DNA of 64,000 bases, from assembly GCA_041666305.1 (NCBI GenBank), contig JBAYHD010000002.1, forward strand, positions 64,684-128,683. Direction: 5' to 3'. The notes under the pieces were generated by a model. It had not been told where the DNA came from and did no database searches. It saw only the letters and a list, made by a program, of their open reading frames with translations. The stretch comes from Minisyncoccota bacterium (lineage in GTDB: Bacteria > Patescibacteriota > Minisyncoccia > Phycocordibacterales > Phycocordibacteraceae). The position numbers and the translations under genes are program-made. Below are positions 58,066 through 64,000 of the stretch, piece after piece (the first letter of the stretch is position 1; the number at the start of each line of letters is the position of its first letter).

Positions 58066-59787
58066 TTACTTGGCGGATTGGGTCCGCTTCCGTAAGTTGA
58101 ACGCCGGGGAGACGTGGAACAAGAACGAGAGGGGGCGCAAAGCTTCATCGAAGGCATATCGCAGTACGTCTTCGTTTTCGGCCGGCATCGCTTTGAGCGT
58201 GAGCACATACACCGCAACCGTCTCCTGCAATTGCATGACCTTGCGGTCCGACACATCGCAGGCGACCCAGATGGGATGATTGACGTTGAAGTGCAAGATA
58301 CCCTGACGGGCATCGAGTTCCCAAAGCCTATCGGAGCCATCCATCGCAATGTACGAGAACTGCAGCCCGACGCTGTCGTTCTTCACCAGCATCCGCTGCT
58401 TGCCGCGAGGGCCGGCAACGGTATACGGGTGGTGATTGGGTTTATCCTCGCGCGGCTTTTTGTGCTCGCCAGAACTCCCACCGCCTCCTTCTTCTCCCTT
58501 CGGGGTAAACCCTTCATGGGTGGAGATAGAGGATTCGGTCTGTTGACCGGTCACACTGCCCCTTACAGGCTTCGTGTGACCGATACCCACCGTGCCGAGT
58601 TTGAAGTCCTGCAGCACCAAACGGATGTCGTTGAAAGCCGGGTCGCGCAGCATCGCTTCGATCTCTCGTAGCGACTGTGTGCCGAGCTCCTGATACCGCT
58701 GGTCGCGCCGGGCCTCTTTCACGTCCTTAAGGTGATCGGCTCCGTGTTTATGGAACCATGCCTCAAGTGCGGTACAGAAGCCGACGAATGCATCGTCCTT
58801 CTCGAACGTTTTACGCGTCGAATGGAGCTTCACCTTCTCGCCGACGATCTCGCCTTCGAACATGCCGGAGCGTAATGCAGCCGACACTTCGTCCGAGAGC
58901 AAGCTGTCAGCCGAGCGAGCGAATAGTCCAAAACTGAAGCGGTAGTCGTTATCGAGCTCGCCGACGATGACCTTGCCGTTCTGGCCTTTAGTCGTCTTCG
59001 GTGCAAGATACATGCGGAAGACGACATTGCCGGCATCGCGGTCGGTAATGACCGTTTCGCCGAGCGAACGCCCGGTGAAGAGCTTCGCACGAATACCGTC
59101 GCGTTCTTCGAGTGTGCCGTCCTCATTGGTGAACCTGATGCTGAGGACAGTCTTGTTGCGGCGCATGGCTGCGCCGAAACGCTCGAGAATAGCATCCACA
59201 AGCGCGTCGATCGACGTGACTCTCGAGATGATCCTGTCGCTCGAATAGCGGACAATATTCACCTCAGTGCGCCATGCGATGCTCGTCATTCCCCGCTTCA
59301 CGTTCAACCCTTTGCGGGAAAACACGAGGTCTGGCCGAGGCCGCCGCGGAACGAAGACGCTCTGTTGCTGCCTCCGGATATCCTCGGTGACAAAAGTCCA
59401 TTCCATGTACCCATCCTCGATGCCACGCGCACAAGAGATGAAAGTGGAGGAATGGCATTTGTCGAGCGGAGAGATGAGTCCGATGCCGAAGCGACCGAGC
59501 TTGTTCAGCTCCTTCTGCGACAGGCAGACCTGTTGCAGCGCTTCTTCGAATTTCTCACGGCTCACGCCGTCGCCGTCATCGCGGATAGCGATGTGGCGGG
59601 TCTTGCGGTTAAGCACGACCGAGATGTTCTTTGCGTTCGCGTCGATCGCGTTCTGGACCTGTTCCAGGATGACGTCGAGTACGGTCGGATAATCCGATGC
59701 AACTCGACAGAATGCTTCTCCCATGTGGAACCCGAGAAGCGAATGCGTGCTCTTCGGCGGTCTTGCGTTGAGTATTGCGTTCATCAC
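58066..59787 (-). CDS. GHKL-family (MORC/HATPase_c_3-like) ATPase
   Basis: Bergerat motifs EQVQNAIDA, RDDGDG, GRFGIG; C-terminal FNVNHP; SD aaagggag. Confidence 0.85.
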   Translation of the reverse strand: MMNAILNARPPKSTHSLLGFHMGEAFCRVASDYPTVLDVILEQVQNAIDANAKNISVVLNRKTRHIAIRDDGDGVSREKFEEALQQVCLSQKELNKLGRFGIGLISPLDKCHSSTFISCARGIEDGYMEWTFVTEDIRRQQQSVFVPRRPRPDLVFSRKGLNVKRGMTSIAWRTEVNIVRYSSDRIISRVTSIDALVDAILERFGAAMRRNKTVLSIRFTNEDGTLEERDGIRAKLFTGRSLGETVITDRDAGNVVFRMYLAPKTTKGQNGKVIVGELDNDYRFSFGLFARSADSLLSDEVSAALRSGMFEGEIVGEKVKLHSTRKTFEKDDAFVGFCTALEAWFHKHGADHLKDVKEARRDQRYQELGTQSLREIEAMLRDPAFNDIRLVLQDFKLGTVGIGHTKPVRGSVTGQQTESSISTHEGFTPKGEEGGGGSSGEHKKPREDKPNHHPYTVAGPRGKQRMLVKNDSVGLQFSYIAMDGSDRLWELDARQGILHFNVNHPIWVACDVSDRKVMQLQETVAVYVLTLKAMPAENEDVLRYAFDEALRPLSFLFHVSPAFNLRKRTQSAK

Positions 59788-60590
59788 TATCTCCCTTTCT
59801 GGTTGCTGGTTGCTGCTGGATTTGAGTGCATCTCGCGCGCCCGCTCACCGCATAAACGGTAGAGCAGGTTCGCCAGGGTGAACACGCTATTGTTGCCCGC
59901 CAATTCGCGAACCTGCGTTCGCTCTTCGGCAGTGAACCCGTCGGAGCTGACCATCTGCGCGAGCGGTATCAGCGCCTTCACCGACCCCGCGAGGGATGCG
60001 ATGATCGCTTCATGCTCGCTTTGCGAAGACTTCTTCTGCAAAGGAGCCGCCGCACGCACGGGAACGTTCGCTTCTACGCGCGCCGGAGGCGCTTGCAGTT
60101 TGTGGTCGCTCGTACTTCCGGTGATGTTGACCCGAACCGTACCCCGTTGTTTCTCGGGAATCTGATCTTTGTAGAGCTCAGCGAGTGTCGCAAACTTCTG
60201 CATTCTTTTATTCGGGACACTCTGCTTGCCGTGGAATACACGGTACAGTGAGTCGGTACCGACCCTTCCTTCTTTCGGATAGCCAACGAGGTCGACTATC
60301 TCGGTAAGAGAAAGGATGCGGAATGCATATATTTGCGCGACGTCACGTATCGGCGGCGATAACACCTCAAGCTCCGTGATCTCATAACCATGGAGTTCGA
60401 GATAGAACATCAGCCGCGTGAGCGATTCTCCCATGGGCTTCACTCTCCCGTTAAACCAGCGACGCACCGTTTGTTCCCCGACGCCGGTAAATGCGGCAAC
60501 TTTCTTGTGCTTGTCGGTTGGGGCTTCCCCGGGCACTTGTGCGAAATGCGTGAGGCATTTCGCAAAGCTTCCTTCGAAGATTGTTGTCAT
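59787..60590 (-). CDS. Protein with Xre-like HTH (possibly two) and C-terminal helical domain
   Basis: KVAAFTGVGEQTVRRWFNG..P; second HTH-like LTEIVDLVGY...SLYRVFHG; SD aaagga. Confidence 0.75.
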   Translation of the reverse strand: MTTIFEGSFAKCLTHFAQVPGEAPTDKHKKVAAFTGVGEQTVRRWFNGRVKPMGESLTRLMFYLELHGYEITELEVLSPPIRDVAQIYAFRILSLTEIVDLVGYPKEGRVGTDSLYRVFHGKQSVPNKRMQKFATLAELYKDQIPEKQRGTVRVNITGSTSDHKLQAPPARVEANVPVRAAAPLQKKSSQSEHEAIIASLAGSVKALIPLAQMVSSDGFTAEERTQVRELAGNNSVFTLANLLYRLCGERAREMHSNPAATSNQKGR

Positions 60591-60886
60591 GGCGTGTTCC
60601 TTTCTATGTGCTGTTTGCTCGTGGGTATGACCGGAAAAGCCAAAGTGGCCCGCCAGCCATGTCGGAAAAGTGCAACATTGCGAAGCTCAACAACTTGACC
60701 GTGATTCAATCTCTGACCTTTGCCATGCCAGTTAGACAAGGAAAAGGTGATGCTGTCGCTTTTTTTGAGCTCGCCGTAATCTTCTGTCGAATAGGCAACG
60801 GCGTAGCTCCCCTCCGCTGATTGGCGATTGACGATGTTTTTGACCGTCGCACGCACAGGCGGATTTGAACCTTGCTTTTTACTCAT
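60587..60886 (-). CDS. Small OB-fold-like protein
   Basis: ATVKNI..GSYAVA..SITFSL..W..GQVVEL.NV..GWRA beta pattern; SD gaggga. Confidence 0.65.
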   Translation of the reverse strand: MSKKQGSNPPVRATVKNIVNRQSAEGSYAVAYSTEDYGELKKSDSITFSLSNWHGKGQRLNHGQVVELRNVALFRHGWRATLAFPVIPTSKQHIERNTP

Positions 60887-60951
60887 TGCTATTTCCCTCT
60901 CGTTATCAAGGAACGGGCTGTTCCGCGGGATAGAATAGCACGATAAGATGA

Positions 60952-61626
60952 TTATGTCAATCGGTGTTCGGCCTGTTGGATAAGAGCGTAATCACGCGGG
61001 AATAGGCGCTTACTGATACCGAAAATGCCGTATGCCATGAACGGCGCGGCAAGCACATCAATGGAGTAATGGATGTGGGCGAGGAGCACGGCAACACCGA
61101 ACACGACAGACAAAGAAAGAAACACCATCCGCGCGGTACGGTGGTCCCAGAAAACGAGCGCCATCAAGAATGGCAAGCCGGTATGCCCGGAAAAGAAGAA
61201 CCCGAGCTGGAAATTAAGATAGGAATAGATGTCAGCAAAGAATCCGGAACCCGGGTCGATATGGGTGGGATAGACGCCCACGTGCGTGAGAGAGATGAAT
61301 AGCGCCCGGATTATGATAAAAAGGGCCAGTGCCTTGAGCGCAAAGAGAATGTGTCGCGGTTTGGAGAGCACATAGAGCGTGCCGAGGACAATGGAGAGGA
61401 ACGCTCCCTCAATGATAATGAGATTCAGGTCGACTGCCGGGAGATTGTCGAGAAAAAGATCGCCGACATATGACGAGGTGGGGCGCTCCGAATATGCGAA
61501 CGCGTATATATTGGCGTAGTGCTCGAATACATATGCAGAACCGAGCATGAAGAACGCGGTCAGGAGCGAATACAATTCGCCGTCGCAAAATATGTCCTTG
61601 TAGCTGAACGAGTCTCGTTGAGGCAT
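60952..61626 (-). CDS. PAP2_C / sphingomyelin-synthase-like membrane phosphatase or phosphotransferase
   Basis: 6 TM helices, FFSGHT, HIHYSIDV catalytic motifs. Confidence 0.82.
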   Translation of the reverse strand: MPQRDSFSYKDIFCDGELYSLLTAFFMLGSAYVFEHYANIYAFAYSERPTSSYVGDLFLDNLPAVDLNLIIIEGAFLSIVLGTLYVLSKPRHILFALKALALFIIIRALFISLTHVGVYPTHIDPGSGFFADIYSYLNFQLGFFFSGHTGLPFLMALVFWDHRTARMVFLSLSVVFGVAVLLAHIHYSIDVLAAPFMAYGIFGISKRLFPRDYALIQQAEHRLT

Positions 61627-61808
61627 GTTGCTGTCATGTATACTAGCAGAAGTGGGAACCTGAGTATCCCCATTGGCTTTTACCGGCCTGTGCGCTTCGT
61701 AAGAAATGCATAACTCCTTCTGCCTTCGGCGCTCGTCAGAGAAGTGAATACACGATGATCGCCCACGGACCGCTGGCTCACGCTGGCGGTTTCGCGTTTG
61801 AGATGCGC

Positions 61809-61838
61809 TTGACAACAAACAGCGGACCTGCTATTCTG
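61809..61838 (+). promoter_or_regulatory. Sigma70 promoter of the cold-shock gene with ~95-nt leader
   Basis: TTGACA-17-TATTCT with TG extension; long 5' UTR typical of csp genes. Confidence 0.6.
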
Positions 61839-61937
61839 TGCCTATCAACCAGCGGCTTAATCCAGAGAAGTGGGATCGAGCTTCTATCTTTTGCTTCTGA
61901 TTTGATACCAATTAGTCACACAATATCTATCTGCAGT

Positions 61938-62147
61938 ATGCAAAATGGTACCGTAATCAAAAAGAACGAGAAGGGCTTCGGCTTCATCAAAGTCGACGGA
62001 GCACCAGAAGGTTCTAAGGACCTTTTCTTCCATTCCAACGAGCTCAAGAACATTTCGTTCGACGAGCTCCAGGAGGGAGCAAAGGTTACGTTTGAGATCG
62101 GCGACAGCCCGAAAGGCCCGAACGCTCTCAACGTCAGCACTATCTAA
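61938..62147 (+). CDS. cspA: Cold-shock protein
   Basis: KGFGFI (RNP1), LFFHS (RNP2), KGPNALNV. Confidence 0.93.
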   Translation: MQNGTVIKKNEKGFGFIKVDGAPEGSKDLFFHSNELKNISFDELQEGAKVTFEIGDSPKGPNALNVSTI

Positions 62148-62162
62148 GCAATTAGATAAGGC

Positions 62163-62200
62163 AAAGAAATCGCCCCGCTAAAAGCGGGGCGATTTCTTTT
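62163..62200. terminator. Bidirectional terminator between csp and the SET gene
   Basis: aaagaaatcgccccgc-taaaa-gcggggcgatttcttt. Confidence 0.75.
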
Positions 62201-62600
62201 GCTCGGCGCATTTTGCGCAACGGCAACCGAACGGCTTGATGTGTTCATCAACATATTCCTTGCCGTAGTCGTAGGTGAATTCTTCGCCTGGTTTGATGGC
62301 TTTGGTGGCGTCGATGTAAATATGCCCGCGCTCAATTTCCGGCTCGCAGTTCGGCCGGCAGGAATGGTTGATGTAGCCGGCGATGTTCATCTTCGGCTTG
62401 CCATCAATCGTTTTCCTCTTATTCACCTCAAACAGATACTTGCTCTTGCTTGAATATTCTTCTGCGGTTGGTATGACGCGGCCGACATACTCAATAACTC
62501 GTTCTCCCTTCTTGTAGGCGCGCGTCGCGAAAAGGCCGAGTCCGGCGCTCGACCTCCCCACCCGAACTCCCTCGGGGTATTTTGATTTCTTTGTGTTCAT
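62178..62600 (-). CDS. SET-domain protein-lysine methyltransferase
   Basis: GLGLFA, IEYVG, YINHSCRPN, GEEFTYDY, post-SET CRCAKC. Confidence 0.92.
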   Translation of the reverse strand: MNTKKSKYPEGVRVGRSSAGLGLFATRAYKKGERVIEYVGRVIPTAEEYSSKSKYLFEVNKRKTIDGKPKMNIAGYINHSCRPNCEPEIERGHIYIDATKAIKPGEEFTYDYGKEYVDEHIKPFGCRCAKCAEQKKSPRF

Positions 62601-62702
62601 ATAGGCCTGCCCCGTTTCACTTCTCCTCAATATGGAAAATATACGTTAGCGAAACTCGAACGCTGGTATTCTGAAAGTGATACGGGGTATACTAGATATA
62701 TC

Positions 62703-63416
62703 ATGCTTGCCGAACTCGCGCCAAATAAAGGAAAGGTACTTGAGGCTTCGGTAGCCGGTGTCGAGTATCTGCGGCTCCCGATCAAGACGCGACTCATTGA
62801 GTTCGGCGATGACCTCTTCGAGCTTCTGGTGGAATATGTGGAGCCGCACCTGAAAAAAGGTGACACCTTATTCATCAGCGAGAAAGTCGTCTGTATTACG
62901 CAGGGGCGTATCATTCATCGCGATAACGTGCAAACGTCATGGCTTGCGCGCTTTCTTTCCGGCAAAGTGCGCAATCATGTCGGTACAGAAAAATTCCGCG
63001 GCTTCGGGCACGGCACGCCGCCGGCGATGCAATTGCTCATCGAAGAAGCCGGGATTCCGAGAGTCCTTTTTGCCGCGTTTGTTTCCGCGCTCACGCGCCC
63101 CTTGGGCATTAAGGGCGCCTTTTATTATCTGGTGGGCAAACAGGCGAAATCGATTGATTGCCCGATGTCTTTCACGCTGGAGAAATACAAAGACTATGCG
63201 AAAATGGCGCCCTTGGACCCGAACCACGTTGCGCGCAAGCTCAAAGAGCGATTCGGCGTTGAGGCCGTCATCGTGGACGCCAACTACCGCGGCGCCTTCT
63301 CGCTCGGAAAATCCACGCGCGCTATCACCGAAAAATTCATCCAGGAACTCCTGCGCGACAATCCCGCTGGCCAGGACAGCGAGATGACGCCGTTCTTCCT
63401 TGTTCGTAAAGCCTAA
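62703..63416 (+). CDS. Coenzyme F420:L-glutamate ligase (CofE)-like protein
   Basis: IKTRLI..GDDL, FISEKVVCITQGR, IVDAN, NPAGQ..EMTP. Confidence 0.8.
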   Translation: MLAELAPNKGKVLEASVAGVEYLRLPIKTRLIEFGDDLFELLVEYVEPHLKKGDTLFISEKVVCITQGRIIHRDNVQTSWLARFLSGKVRNHVGTEKFRGFGHGTPPAMQLLIEEAGIPRVLFAAFVSALTRPLGIKGAFYYLVGKQAKSIDCPMSFTLEKYKDYAKMAPLDPNHVARKLKERFGVEAVIVDANYRGAFSLGKSTRAITEKFIQELLRDNPAGQDSEMTPFFLVRKA

Positions 63417-63427
63417 TTCCGAAAAAC

Positions 63428-63466
63428 CCGCTAGGTGACACCTTTCCGAAAGGTGTCACCTAGCGG
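63428..63466. repeat. REP-like 18-bp-stem hairpin between convergent genes
   Basis: ccgctaggtgacaccttt-ccg-aaaggtgtcacctagcgg. Confidence 0.75.
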
Positions 63467-63469
63467 TAG

Positions 63470-64000
63470 TTAGGTACGGGGATCGGATTTCGACCATTCG
63501 ATCAGTTTTCCGGCTTTGATTTCCATAGGATCGGCTTTGCGGACGTAACGCCAATTCCCTTTCGGCACGAAATAATAGTGCGGGAGTTCACTCAAGACGT
63601 CGGCGACTTCCCACAAGTCTTTTTCTGTCGCAAGCCAGTCGGCGCCGAATCGCCGCAGATCAAGCGGCTTAGAATAACATTCAAGAAGCTTTTTGCCGGT
63701 TGTGTTCAGAAACCATTCATGGAAATACGAGAGCACGAGCTCGCGCGGCGTGCGATAGATGGGATCGCGAAATCGGAGCACCGCGTGATTCGTCTTGCTG
63801 ATGGCACCGAAGCGTCCTTCGCGTTTGTAGAGCGTAACCACATGATCGTCATCGCCCTTTCCGAGCTGCGGCGAGACGTTCATGATGAGCGGCCGTTCGC
63901 CATTGATCCAGAGCGCGGAGGCAGCGAGTATCGCGCCTTCTAGGCAATTCGCTTTCTTTGCCGCGAGCGCGCGGCGAGGCGACATGAGCGTGTCACCGTT
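63470..64000 (-). CDS. Transglutaminase-like (vasohibin-like) protein, 5' end outside the window
   Basis: NCLEGAILA, DHVV, GRFGAISKTN, PIYRTPRELVLSY; frame open to the window edge. Confidence 0.7.
   Translation of the reverse strand, partial: NGDTLMSPRRALAAKKANCLEGAILAASALWINGERPLIMNVSPQLGKGDDDHVVTLYKREGRFGAISKTNHAVLRFRDPIYRTPRELVLSYFHEWFLNTTGKKLLECYSKPLDLRRFGADWLATEKDLWEVADVLSELPHYYFVPKGNWRYVRKADPMEIKAGKLIEWSKSDPRT

Noticed and set aside
61646-61723. Possible cloverleaf-like RNA between the PAP2 and csp genes
   Set aside because: Only a 7-bp closing stem with weak inner helices and no tRNA or riboswitch signature

Overview
64 kb of a bacterial chromosome using the standard genetic code (TGA is a stop). 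The reduced housekeeping genes and hypothetical-protein style point to Patescibacteria/CPR, probably Parcubacteria (inference). The backbone holds rpmA, rplI, rplU, cysS, dnaB, recR, a DEAD-box helicase, rmuC, mraZ-rsmH-ftsL-like-ftsI-murF, lysS, greA, mreB-mreC-mreD-like-mrdA, proS, rseP, frr, holB-like, a second mreB, murA, def-fmt and hpf. There are two tRNA genes: tRNA-Glu(CTC), and tRNA-Asn(GTT) split by a 223-nt group I intron next to a free-standing HNH nuclease gene. Accessory parts are: a RAYT (HUH/Y1) gene with REP palindromes; several families of small palindromic or MITE-like elements, some inserted at start codons, -10 boxes or in frame inside genes; a 14-kb cluster joining a dockerin-tipped giant surface protein and a membrane-anchored cohesin protein to two-component genes; a small islet flanked by a 29-bp duplication of the rseP 3' end; and an SD-led three-gene operon (OB-fold-like, tandem HTH, MORC-like GHKL ATPase). 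That operon is the best candidate for an undescribed system. Most core genes look leaderless (TAnnnT 6-9 nt before the start codon). All calls come from motif reading by eye; no database searches were run.
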